Shown in pieces: positions 20,168-29,322 of a stretch of DNA of 32,986 nt. Both the position numbers and the translations under genes were made by a program. The notes beneath the pieces were generated by a model. The model did no database searches. It was not told where the DNA came from and was given only the letters and a program-made list of their open reading frames with translations. Position 1 is the stretch's first letter. Every line of letters starts with the position of its first letter. Source of the DNA: Psychrilyobacter sp. (lineage in GTDB: Bacteria; Fusobacteriota; Fusobacteriia; Fusobacteriales; Fusobacteriaceae); contig JAGLEA010000028.1 in the NCBI GenBank assembly GCA_023145315.1, forward strand, positions 1-32,986, given 5' to 3'.

Positions 20168-21709
20168 ATGAAAAAGTTATACATATTAATATTCTCATTG
20201 AGTTTTCTTTATGGATGTAGATCTAATGAAGCTCTAAAACAAGTTCCAATAAAGATTAAAATAATAGATAGGCAAGAAGATGAGAAAAATGTATTAATAA
20301 ATATAAAAAAAGTTCCACTATTTAAAAAAGAAATCGTATTTTTAAGTGACTCAACTTTTCAAAATTATATATATACAAAGAAAAGTTCAAATTTTAGAAG
20401 TAAACCACTTAAAAATGCTAAAAAATTAGGAGTAACTATCCCTAATGAAAAGATAGAATTAATAGGAAAAGTAAGTGGAAGTGCAATTAGAAATAATAAA
20501 ATATGGTATAAGATTAAATTAAATAATAAAATAGGATATATCCACTCTTCTGTTGCAGAAGAACGAAAGTTTGAGTTCGAAAAAATGGCAGAACGAGTAC
20601 GAGAGTTGGAAAGATTTATAGAAAAATCTAAGAGAAATAATGAAAGTGTAGAGAGAATAATAGCATATAAACCAGGATCAAAAGAAGATGAAGAAGCCCC
20701 AAAGGATATATATGGAAGTCGTGGTGAACAAAGTGTATCAAGCTATCATATGAATCCATTAGAAAAAGAGACTATGCGATATATGCAAGATGGTAGGATA
20801 GTAGTTGTAAAGGAAAAAACAAAGAAAGAAACTATTGTTCAAATTCCTGATTCTTTGAGAAATTATAGTGTAGAACCTAACAAGACAAGAAAAATAAATG
20901 TAGAAAATGGTATAAAAAAAGTTATTGTAATAGATTTAAAAAATCAAACACAAGGTGTTTTCTTAAAAAAAGATGATGTTTGGGAATTGATTTCCTATAT
21001 GATGATAACTAGTGGTAAAAACGATGAGAAACATGCATATGATACTCCAAAAGGATACTTTATAGTTGGAAATACAGTAAAACAAGTAATTTTTCCATAT
21101 AATGAAAGAATGAAAAAGGAGGATTTAACACCTGAATTGGAGAAAAAAATAAATGAGGAAAAAACAGAATTAGAAACAGAAATATATGCTGAAAAAAGTA
21201 AAAAATATGAAGAGGAATTGAAGAAATACGAGGAAGAACTGAAAAATATACAAATTTTGGAAGAGGAAGAAGTTGGTATTGCTAAAAATGAAACGAGTAT
21301 AGATGATGGTATGGATGAAAGTTTAGTGACAGAAGAAGTTCAAAAAAACCAAGAAGACCAAGTGATTGAAGAGATAAGTGTTTTAGAGGTACCGAAAGAA
21401 CCTGTAGAGTATGTTGTTGTAAGAAAATTTTCGAGAGCAAACTATGGAATTAGATTTAGTGGGGGAGGTTACATCCATGGAATACCATTAAAAGATGATA
21501 CAGTAGAAGCTTTAGGAGATGAAGAAGCAGTAAAAGATAGAAAGAGTCTATCAGCTTTAACACTAGGAACTAAGAGTGCATCACATAAATGTGTTAGAAA
21601 TGCAGAAGATTATCAAAGTTTTCTATATGATTTTGTGGGCTATAACCCCAAATACAAGAAAAGTTGGTGGAAACTACCAGAGGAGAATGTATCAGTAATC
21701 GTATTCTAG
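20168..21709 (+). CDS. L,D-transpeptidase lipoprotein, paralogue of 17938..19425
   Basis: Lipobox FLYGC; shares YGSRGEQS, QDGRIV, KHAYDTPKG, SRANYGIRFSGGGY.HGIPLKD, ASHKCVRN and SVIVF with the first copy. Confidence 0.85.
   Translation: MKKLYILIFSLSFLYGCRSNEALKQVPIKIKIIDRQEDEKNVLINIKKVPLFKKEIVFLSDSTFQNYIYTKKSSNFRSKPLKNAKKLGVTIPNEKIELIGKVSGSAIRNNKIWYKIKLNNKIGYIHSSVAEERKFEFEKMAERVRELERFIEKSKRNNESVERIIAYKPGSKEDEEAPKDIYGSRGEQSVSSYHMNPLEKETMRYMQDGRIVVVKEKTKKETIVQIPDSLRNYSVEPNKTRKINVENGIKKVIVIDLKNQTQGVFLKKDDVWELISYMMITSGKNDEKHAYDTPKGYFIVGNTVKQVIFPYNERMKKEDLTPELEKKINEEKTELETEIYAEKSKKYEEELKKYEEELKNIQILEEEEVGIAKNETSIDDGMDESLVTEEVQKNQEDQVIEEISVLEVPKEPVEYVVVRKFSRANYGIRFSGGGYIHGIPLKDDTVEALGDEEAVKDRKSLSALTLGTKSASHKCVRNAEDYQSFLYDFVGYNPKYKKSWWKLPEENVSVIVF
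21200..21241 (+). repeat. Coding heptad tandem repeat KKYEEEL x2
   Basis: AAAAAATATGAAGAGGAATTG / AAGAAATACGAGGAAGAACTG: identical protein, synonymous DNA differences. Confidence 0.7.
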
Positions 21710-21763
21710 ATGATAACATTACTTATATAAATTTTATATACTTAATATTGAGTATAGATATAC

Positions 21764-21809
21764 AATTAAAAAAAGTGTAGAATTTCTACACTTTTTTTAA
21801 TTTTTTTTT
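21764..21809 (+). terminator. Terminator after the second ldt gene
   Basis: AATTAAAAAAAGTGTAGAA-T-TTCTACACTTTTTTTAATT followed by further Ts. Confidence 0.85.
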
Positions 21810-21956
21810 AGTCTATTAAATGTATACAATTAAGAAAAGTTGCTATAAATAACATTAAAATTCTATTTTTAAATAAATTTTAGTGAATCACTAATTATAA
21901 AATAGTTTTATAAGAGAACATAAAATCTTTAAGATAAACACTATAACTTAAAAGTA

Positions 21957-21986
21957 TTGACATACTAATAGAGAATAGAGTATTCT
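21957..21986 (+). promoter_or_regulatory. Promoter of the peptide ABC operon
   Basis: TTGACA, 18 bp, TATTCT. Confidence 0.55.
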
Positions 21987-22031
21987 AATTCTGTAACAAC
22001 TATAGTTAAAAAATACAAGGGGAGGAAAAGT

Positions 22032-23549
22032 ATGAAAAAAGTTTTATTATTAATTTCATCATTGATTGTAATGTTAACATTTACAGCATGTGGTGGCAGC
22101 GAAGAAAAAGAGGCAGCGGTGAAAGATACATTGATTATAGCTCAAGGAGCAGATGCTAAATCATTAGATCCACATGCATCAAATGATCAACCATCATCAA
22201 GAGTATCAGCACAAATCTACAACGGTTTAGTAGCAACAGATATGGATATGAACATTGTGCCAGCATTGGCTGAATCATGGGATCAACCAGATCCGAGAAC
22301 AACAATATTTCACTTAAGAAAAGGTGTTAAATTCCATAACGGTGAGGAATTTAAAGCTTCAGACGTTAAGTTTACAATTGAAGGAATGATTGCATCAGCA
22401 ACTGTTCATCATATTATATCTGCTGTTGAAAGCGTAGAAGTTATGGACGATTATACAGTAAAAATTACTACTAAAAAGCCTTTTGGTCCATTATTACACC
22501 ATTTAGCTCATACAGCATCATCTATGCTAAATGAAAAAGCTGTAGTAGCGGCAGGGGATGACTATGGTCAAAATCCAGTTGGAACAGGTCCTTATAAATT
22601 TGTTAAATGGAATTCTGGAGATAGAATTGTATTAGAAGCAAATGAAGAGTATTTCTTAGGAGCACCAAAAGTTAAAAATGTAATATTTAGAAATATCACT
22701 GAGGGAACTAATAGAACTATTGGTTTAGAAACTGGTGAAGTTGATATTGCATATGACATTGAACCTATTGATAAAAAACAAGTTTCAGGAAACGAAGATT
22801 TAGAATTAATAGAAGAAGATTCATTAGGAATAGCTTATATTGGATTTAACTTCCAAAAAGCACCATTTGATAATAAATTAGTGAGACAAGCAATAGGTCA
22901 TGCTATTGATGTTGATATAATTATAGATGTTGTATTAGATGGCGCTGGAACAAAAGCAAATTCACCTATTGGACCAAAAGTATTCGGATATGATAAAGAA
23001 GCAAAAGGTTACGACTATAATCCTGAATTAGCAAAGAAAATGCTAACTGAAGCAGGATATCCAAATGGGTTCAAAACAACAATATGGACAAATGATAATC
23101 CAGTAAGATTGCAAATAGCTACAATTATGCAAGATCAATTAAAGCAAATAGGAATTGAAATGGCTGTAGTTCCTGTAGAATGGGGAGCTTACTTAGATGG
23201 AACTGCAAGAGGAGAGCATGATATGTTTATCCTTGGATGGGTTACAACTACTGGAGATGCAGATTATGGTTTAAATGCATTATTTAATACAGCAACTATT
23301 GGTGGAGCAGGAAACAGATCGTTCTATTCAAACAAAGATGTAGATAAGTGGCTAGATCTAGCTCAATCTTCTACAAATCCAGAAGAAAGAATTGAGTTAT
23401 ATGCAAAAATCCAAAAGCAAATTCAAGAAGATTTACCTGTAGATACTTTATATTATAATACTCAAAATGCAGGAATAAATAAACGTGTAAAAGGATTTAA
23501 ATTAAATCCAGCAGGACATCATAAAATATACGGAGTATATTTTCAATAA
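22032..23549 (+). CDS. Peptide ABC transporter substrate-binding lipoprotein (SBP family 5, DppA/GsiB-like)
   Basis: Lipobox FTAC; LRKGVKFHNGE; PVGTGPYKF; VRQAI. Confidence 0.95.
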   Translation: MKKVLLLISSLIVMLTFTACGGSEEKEAAVKDTLIIAQGADAKSLDPHASNDQPSSRVSAQIYNGLVATDMDMNIVPALAESWDQPDPRTTIFHLRKGVKFHNGEEFKASDVKFTIEGMIASATVHHIISAVESVEVMDDYTVKITTKKPFGPLLHHLAHTASSMLNEKAVVAAGDDYGQNPVGTGPYKFVKWNSGDRIVLEANEEYFLGAPKVKNVIFRNITEGTNRTIGLETGEVDIAYDIEPIDKKQVSGNEDLELIEEDSLGIAYIGFNFQKAPFDNKLVRQAIGHAIDVDIIIDVVLDGAGTKANSPIGPKVFGYDKEAKGYDYNPELAKKMLTEAGYPNGFKTTIWTNDNPVRLQIATIMQDQLKQIGIEMAVVPVEWGAYLDGTARGEHDMFILGWVTTTGDADYGLNALFNTATIGGAGNRSFYSNKDVDKWLDLAQSSTNPEERIELYAKIQKQIQEDLPVDTLYYNTQNAGINKRVKGFKLNPAGHHKIYGVYFQ

Positions 23550-23560
23550 TTAAAACAATT

Positions 23561-23595
23561 AAAAATCCCTCTAAAGATATTTTAGAGGGATTTTT
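23561..23595 (+). terminator. Hairpin after the SBP gene (partial terminator or mRNA stabiliser)
   Basis: AAAAATCCCTCTAAA / TTTAGAGGGATTTTT. Confidence 0.75.
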
Positions 23596-23619
23596 AGAAA
23601 ATTTAAAGTAGGGGGAAGT

Positions 23620-24546
23620 ATGCATAAGTATATAATAAAAAGATTACTATTATTAATACCAGTTTTATTAGGTGTATCATTTTTAGTTTTTTCAATAATG
23701 TCATTTACACCTGGAGATCCAGCACAGCTAATTTTAGGAGAGAGTGCTCCTAAAATTCAAGTTGAAATGTTAAGAAAAGAGATGGGATTAGATGATCCAT
23801 TTTTAATTCAATATGGAAGATTCGTTATAAATGCAGTTCAAGGTGACTTTGGAAGATCTTATACAAGTGGAAGAGAGGTATTTGGTGAGATATTTCAAAG
23901 GTTTCCAAACACATTAATATTAGCAGTTATAGGAGTAATTATTGCCATATTAATAGGAATACCAGTTGGAATAATCTCGGCTACAAAGCAATACTCACTA
24001 ATGGATAGTATAAGTATGATAGGCGCTCTATTAGGAGTTGCAATGCCAAATTTCTGGTTAGGTCTAATGTTAATTTTATTCTTTTCAGTTGGATTGGGTT
24101 GGTTACCTTCTGGAGGATTTGGTGGATGGAAAAGTTTGATCTTACCATCGATAACTCTAGGAACAGGTGCAGCAGCTATAATTACTAGGATGACAAGATC
24201 ATCGATGTTAGAAGTAATTAGACAAGACTACATTAGAACGGCAAGAGCAAAAGGTGTAACAGAGAAAAAAGTTATAAATAAGCATGCACTTAAAAATGCA
24301 TTAATTCCTGTAATAACAGTTGTAGGATTACAATTTGGATATTTATTAGGTGGAGCAGTTCTTACAGAAACTGTATATTCTTGGCCTGGAGTCGGAAGAA
24401 TGATGGTAGAAGCTATTAGAAGTAAGGATACACCAGTAGTTTTGGCTGCTGTATTATTCTTAGCAACAACATTTTCAATAGTAAACTTACTTGTAGATAT
24501 ACTTTATGGGTTTGTAGACCCTAGAGTAAAATCACAATACAAATAA
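23620..24546 (+). CDS. Peptide ABC transporter permease (DppB-like)
   Basis: PGDP, GDFGRS, DYIRTARAKG, DPR. Confidence 0.95.
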   Translation: MHKYIIKRLLLLIPVLLGVSFLVFSIMSFTPGDPAQLILGESAPKIQVEMLRKEMGLDDPFLIQYGRFVINAVQGDFGRSYTSGREVFGEIFQRFPNTLILAVIGVIIAILIGIPVGIISATKQYSLMDSISMIGALLGVAMPNFWLGLMLILFFSVGLGWLPSGGFGGWKSLILPSITLGTGAAAIITRMTRSSMLEVIRQDYIRTARAKGVTEKKVINKHALKNALIPVITVVGLQFGYLLGGAVLTETVYSWPGVGRMMVEAIRSKDTPVVLAAVLFLATTFSIVNLLVDILYGFVDPRVKSQYK

Positions 24547-24561
24547 AAGGGGGATTTAAAT

Positions 24562-25476
24562 ATGTCAAATAAAGCAACAAATTTAAAAAATACAGAGATA
24601 AATTCTTCTAATGAAAATGTAAATAAGAAGAGAAGTCAATTTGCAGAAGTATGGAGAAGGTTAAAGAAAAATAAGATGGCAATGGTAGGATTAGGAATAT
24701 TAGGGGTTATCATTTTATTAGCAATTTTTGCTGATGTTATAGCTCCATATGAAACAGTAGCAATAAAACAAAATTTAAGAGAAAGATTACAAGAACCAAG
24801 TATGAAACATATTTTTGGAACAGATGAGTATGGTAGAGATATGTTTGCAAGATTGATCCATGGAGCACGTGTTTCTCTAAAGGTAGGAATACTAGCTGTT
24901 GGAATTTCTATAGTAATTGGTGGAACTTTGGGAGCAATAGCTGGTTATTATGGTGGTAAATTAGATAATATTATTATGAGAATAATGGATGTTTTTTTAG
25001 CAGTTCCAAGTATATTACTTGCTATTGCTATCGTATCAGCACTTGGTCCTAACTTAATGAACTTGATGTTTGCTATAAGTATCTCTTCAATACCAGGATA
25101 TGCTAGAATTGTTAGAGCATCGGTAATATCTATAAGAGATCAAGAGTTTGTAGAAGCTGCAAGAGCAATTGGTGCAGATGACTTTAGAATTATATTTAAA
25201 CATATTATTCCAAATGCGTTAGCTCCAGTAATAGTACAAGGAACACTAGGTGTAGCAGGAGCTATTTTATCAACAGCAGGACTTAGTTTTATAGGAATGG
25301 GTATCCAGCCACCAGCACCAGAATGGGGTGCTATGCTTTCAGGAGGTAGACAATACCTAAGATATTCACCACATGTAACTACTATTCCAGGTATAGCTAT
25401 TGTAATCACAATTCTAGCCTTGAACTTAGTAGGAGATGGATTGAGAGATGCATTAGATCCAAGACTTAAATCATAA
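24562..25476 (+). CDS. Peptide ABC transporter permease (DppC-like)
   Basis: FGTDEYGRD, EFVEAARAIGA, PEWG, GDGLRDALDPR. Confidence 0.95.
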   Translation: MSNKATNLKNTEINSSNENVNKKRSQFAEVWRRLKKNKMAMVGLGILGVIILLAIFADVIAPYETVAIKQNLRERLQEPSMKHIFGTDEYGRDMFARLIHGARVSLKVGILAVGISIVIGGTLGAIAGYYGGKLDNIIMRIMDVFLAVPSILLAIAIVSALGPNLMNLMFAISISSIPGYARIVRASVISIRDQEFVEAARAIGADDFRIIFKHIIPNALAPVIVQGTLGVAGAILSTAGLSFIGMGIQPPAPEWGAMLSGGRQYLRYSPHVTTIPGIAIVITILALNLVGDGLRDALDPRLKS

Positions 25477-25498
25477 TAAATAAAAAAGGAGAATATTA

Positions 25499-26482
25499 AT
25501 GAGTGAAAAATTATTAGATATAAAAAACCTTACTATTCATTATGAGACTGAAGATGGAGTAGTAAAAGCAGTAAATGGAATAAATTTAGATTTAAAAGAG
25601 GGAGAAACTTTAGGATTAGTAGGTGAAACTGGAGCTGGAAAAACAACTACAGCTCTAGGAATGATGAGGTTAATACCAAATCCTCCTGGTAAAATTATTG
25701 GTGGACAAATAGAATTTGAAGGAAGAGATATATTAGCACTATCAGAAGATGATATGAGAGGAATAAGAGGGAATAAAATATCAATGATATTTCAAGATCC
25801 AATGACTTCATTAAATCCAGTGCTAAGTGTAGGAGAGCAAATATCAGAAGTGATATTAATACATCAAGACATTACTTCTGATGGTGCAGTTGAAAAAGCT
25901 GAGGAAATGCTAGAATTAGTTGGAATTCCTGGAGCTAGATATAATGATTATCCACATCAATTTTCTGGTGGAATGAAACAAAGAGTTGTAATTGCCATAG
26001 CTTTAGCATGTAATCCTAAATTATTGATTGCAGATGAACCTACAACAGCACTAGATGTAACTATACAAGCTCAAGTTTTAGATTTAATGAATAATTTGAA
26101 AGAAAAATTTAAAACGGCAATGTTAATGATTACACATGATTTAGGAGTAGTAGCTCAAGTATGTGATAAAGTAGCTATTATGTATGGTGGAGATATAATA
26201 GAGTATGGTGTAATAGAAGATATTTTTGAATCAACTAAGCATCCTTATACAAAAGGATTATTTGGATCAATACCAAATTTAGATAGTGACGCAACTAGGT
26301 TAAGTCCTATAAAAGGTAGTATGCCAGATCCAACTAATCTACCATCAGGGTGTACATTTCATCCTAGGTGTGATAGAGCAATAGCAATATGTTCTACAAA
26401 AACTCCTAAATTAGTGAATATAGATGGACATAAGGTAAAGTGTCTTATGTATGAAGAAGATACTAAAAAAGAATGGAAATAG
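25499..26482 (+). CDS. Peptide ABC transporter ATPase (DppD-like)
   Basis: GETGAGKT, FSGGMKQR, IADEPT, C-terminal Cys motif. Confidence 0.95.
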   Translation: MSEKLLDIKNLTIHYETEDGVVKAVNGINLDLKEGETLGLVGETGAGKTTTALGMMRLIPNPPGKIIGGQIEFEGRDILALSEDDMRGIRGNKISMIFQDPMTSLNPVLSVGEQISEVILIHQDITSDGAVEKAEEMLELVGIPGARYNDYPHQFSGGMKQRVVIAIALACNPKLLIADEPTTALDVTIQAQVLDLMNNLKEKFKTAMLMITHDLGVVAQVCDKVAIMYGGDIIEYGVIEDIFESTKHPYTKGLFGSIPNLDSDATRLSPIKGSMPDPTNLPSGCTFHPRCDRAIAICSTKTPKLVNIDGHKVKCLMYEEDTKKEWK

Positions 26483-26492
26483 GGGGCTAGAG

Positions 26493-27476
26493 ATGGCAGA
26501 AGTTATATTAGAGGTAAAAGGATTAAAAAAACATTTTAAAACTCCTAAAGGGATGTTACATGCTGTAGATGGAGTAAGTTTTACAATAGAAAGAGGTAAA
26601 ACTTTAGGAATAGTAGGAGAATCAGGGTGTGGAAAATCTACAACTGGTCGTGCTGTTTTGAGACTTTTAGAAGCAACTGATGGGGAAGTAATTTTTGAAG
26701 GAAAAAATATTGGTAATTTAGACAAGAAAGATATGAGAAAATTAAGAGAAGATATACAAATAATATTTCAAGATCCATTTGCATCGTTAAACCCTAGGAT
26801 GACAGTAAGTGAAATAATAGGTGAACCATTAGTTATACATAAGATGGTGAAGAACAAAAAAGAATTAGGGATAAAAGTTAAAGAATTAATGGATTTAGTA
26901 GGATTGAGCCAAAGACTTTTAAACACTTATCCACATGAATTAGATGGTGGTAGAAGACAAAGGATTGGTATTGCAAGAGCACTATCATTAAATCCAAAAT
27001 TTATTGTATGTGATGAACCTGTATCAGCATTAGATGTTTCTATACAAGCACAAGTTTTAAATCTTATGCAAGATTTACAAGCAAAATTAGGATTAACATT
27101 TATGTTTATAACTCATGATCTATCAGTTGTAAAACATTTTTCAGATGATATTGCAGTAATGTATTTAGGACAATTAGTAGAAAAAGCTCCTTCTAATATA
27201 TTATTCAAAAATCCTAGACATCCATATACAAAAGCACTTTTATCAGCAATTCCAGTTGCTAGTTTGAGACACAAGATGGAGAGAATAGAGTTAAATGGTG
27301 AAATAACATCACCAATTAATCCATCACCAGGATGTAGATTTGCAAAGAGATGTGCATATGTTAAAACAGAATGTAGCCATGGAGATCCAATGTTAAATGA
27401 GATCTCAGAAGGTCATTTTGTGGCGTGTCACTTAGTAGATAACTTAAAAATAAATGAAACAGATCCAAGTAAATAA
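26493..27476 (+). CDS. Peptide ABC transporter ATPase (DppF-like)
   Basis: GESGCGKS, LDGGRRQR, VCDEP; start moved to ATG 26493 behind AGGGGG. Confidence 0.95.
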   Translation: MAEVILEVKGLKKHFKTPKGMLHAVDGVSFTIERGKTLGIVGESGCGKSTTGRAVLRLLEATDGEVIFEGKNIGNLDKKDMRKLREDIQIIFQDPFASLNPRMTVSEIIGEPLVIHKMVKNKKELGIKVKELMDLVGLSQRLLNTYPHELDGGRRQRIGIARALSLNPKFIVCDEPVSALDVSIQAQVLNLMQDLQAKLGLTFMFITHDLSVVKHFSDDIAVMYLGQLVEKAPSNILFKNPRHPYTKALLSAIPVASLRHKMERIELNGEITSPINPSPGCRFAKRCAYVKTECSHGDPMLNEISEGHFVACHLVDNLKINETDPSK

Positions 27477-27480
27477 AGTG

Positions 27481-27513
27481 AAGGGACTTAGAGTATATCT
27501 AAGTCCCTTTTTA
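27481..27513. terminator. Terminator between dppF and the rep-like gene
   Basis: AAGGGACTTAGA-GTATA-TCTAAGTCCCTT followed by Ts. Confidence 0.85.
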
Positions 27514-27520
27514 TTATAGA

Positions 27521-28669
27521 TTAAATTTTATCAGTAGATGGAGCTAAGTACATATAAACTTTAATACGTGATAAACCTTTTTTATCAAATATTACAGAGA
27601 TCTTCCACGGGAATCTGTCATAATTAAAAACACTCTTAATACGCAAATTTTGTAATTCTTGTAAAAAATGATAATTATAACTAAATTTATAAATTGAAAG
27701 TTCCCTATATAGTCGCCCTTCAATTTTAAAGCATGAAGAAAAATGTTCAGAAATATCAATAATTTTGATAATATCATTATTGATTTTAAAACTACTCTTC
27801 AAAGTCCCTTCTAAATAGATATCAAGGGGAGGTTTAAAATTAGTTTTAATGCTTTCAATAATTTTTATAACTTTTTCTGCTGATATATCACTCAAGGTAT
27901 TTTCTATTATACTGCTAATCTTAACGATATCTTTGATATCATTTTTAATAGACTGTATTATTAAATTTGTATTTTTAAGTTGTTCAGATTTTTTTGTATC
28001 AATAAATGAAAACTTTAAAGATTCTATTTTGTTTGTTTTTCCACTTCCGACCTTTATTTTTTCATAATTGATATTAAAATTAGAAGATTTGTTTATATCG
28101 TTTATAATTGGTTTTAGTATGTTTTTTTCAAAATCAAAAAACCTTTCATAGTAAGTATCTTCTAAACCTAAAATAGTTTTTAATTCCTTTACTGTATATT
28201 CAAAGTTTTTTCTATCGTAGTATTTAAAAATTTTAGGGTAAAGTTTGAAAGAATACTTCTCTTTAAATCTAATAAATGTGAGTATATCAATTCGATTAAA
28301 TATATTTTTCCTATTAAGGGAATAAACTAATTCAATAGGAGGGATAACAGCAATACCATCCTCTCTTAAATATATAGAGTTTAAAAAGAAAAATTCACCA
28401 TAGATTGTTTCCTTCTTTAAAGTATGTAGTGTGAAAAATATTTTTTTCTTACCAAGTCGAACTAAATGGCTTTTAATCTCTTTTAAATCCTTTATTTTAT
28501 AAATTCCATATAGTTCTCCAAGAGGAAAAAACGCTATATTAGAATGAATATTAATTTTTTTTTTAAGTTTATCTAAAAAAACCTTCTCTTTTGTCTTCAA
28601 TTTAGGTTCGATTCTAACATCAAATGACTTTTCGAATGATTCGGCATCTAAAAATGATAGATTTTCCAT
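27521..28669 (-). CDS. Rep_3-family (RepA/RepE/pi-like winged-helix) replication initiator homologue with C-terminal extension
   Basis: WH2 signature FKEKYSFKLY...YTVKELKTILGL..Y.RFFDFEKNILKPIINDINK...YEKIK.G...IESLKF matches the Rep_3 pattern KYS..LY...ELK..LG...Y....F...VL......IN; RBS AAGGAG. Confidence 0.8.
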   Translation of the reverse strand: MENLSFLDAESFEKSFDVRIEPKLKTKEKVFLDKLKKKINIHSNIAFFPLGELYGIYKIKDLKEIKSHLVRLGKKKIFFTLHTLKKETIYGEFFFLNSIYLREDGIAVIPPIELVYSLNRKNIFNRIDILTFIRFKEKYSFKLYPKIFKYYDRKNFEYTVKELKTILGLEDTYYERFFDFEKNILKPIINDINKSSNFNINYEKIKVGSGKTNKIESLKFSFIDTKKSEQLKNTNLIIQSIKNDIKDIVKISSIIENTLSDISAEKVIKIIESIKTNFKPPLDIYLEGTLKSSFKINNDIIKIIDISEHFSSCFKIEGRLYRELSIYKFSYNYHFLQELQNLRIKSVFNYDRFPWKISVIFDKKGLSRIKVYMYLAPSTDKI

Positions 28670-28720
28670 AAAAATAACTCCTTTTTATTTTTTATTTTGT
28701 GACAATTTCATCTTAATTAA

Positions 28721-28819
28721 AATATATTAGACGAAATTTTTATATTTTTTAATATATATAACGTAATTTTACTAATAAAATAGTAAAAAGTAAAGATTAA
28801 ATTAATATATTAGACGAAA
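28721..28819 (+). repeat. Iteron-like direct repeats AATATATTAGACGAAA
   Basis: Exact 16-mers at 28721-28736 and 28804-28819; degenerate copy at 28751-28770 (16/20 identity to 28721-28740). Confidence 0.8.
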
Positions 28820-28840
28820 AAAACGTTTTTTCTATAAAAG

Positions 28841-28869
28841 TTGCATATATTCAAATCCTAAAGTATACT
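28841..28869 (+). promoter_or_regulatory. sigma70 promoter of the PTS operon
   Basis: TTGCAT, 17 bp, TATACT. Confidence 0.7.
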
Positions 28870-28932
28870 AATAGAACAGAAGTGTAGAAGAACAGAAAAG
28901 TTAGCAAACAAAAAACCAATAGGAGGAGATTT

Positions 28933-29238
28933 ATGAAAAAGATACTATTATTATGTAGTGCTGGTATGTCAACTAGTATTGTAGTAAAGAAGATGAAAGA
29001 TGCAGCGGCGGTAAAAGGAATTGAAGCTCAAATAGAAGCAGTAGGATTAGAACAGTTTCATGATAAACTAGGAGAGTATGATGTATTCTTATTAGGACCA
29101 CAAGTAAGATTCAAGAAAGATGAATTAAGCAAGATAGCAGCTGAGCATGGTAAGAAAGTAGAAGTAATTAATTCTATGGATTATGGAATGATGAAAGGTG
29201 AAAAGATCTTAGATTTCGCAATTGAATTAATCGGTTAA
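28933..29238 (+). CDS. PTS lactose/cellobiose/chitobiose-family EIIB
   Basis: ILLLCSAGMSTS, LLGPQVRF, DYGMMKG. Confidence 0.95.
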   Translation: MKKILLLCSAGMSTSIVVKKMKDAAAVKGIEAQIEAVGLEQFHDKLGEYDVFLLGPQVRFKKDELSKIAAEHGKKVEVINSMDYGMMKGEKILDFAIELIG

Positions 29239-29322
29239 AACATACTATATATATAGTGATTAAAAAATGTACAACTTATCAAAATATACAAGTAAAAAAA
29301 TCTTTTTAAAAAGGGGGATAAG

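Noticed and set aside
26451-26492. Upstream start of the DppF-like ORF
   Set aside because: It overlaps the dppD end; ATG 26493 has a better RBS and gives a typical N-terminus.
28721-28819. Direct repeats as a mini-CRISPR array
   Set aside because: Only 16 bp long, two exact copies, irregular spacing and no cas genes.
27521-28932. Integrated plasmid/ICE or active secondary origin
   Set aside because: No integrase, par, relaxase or att repeats, no good DnaA box, and no switch in coding-strand bias. Not formally excluded without a replication assay.
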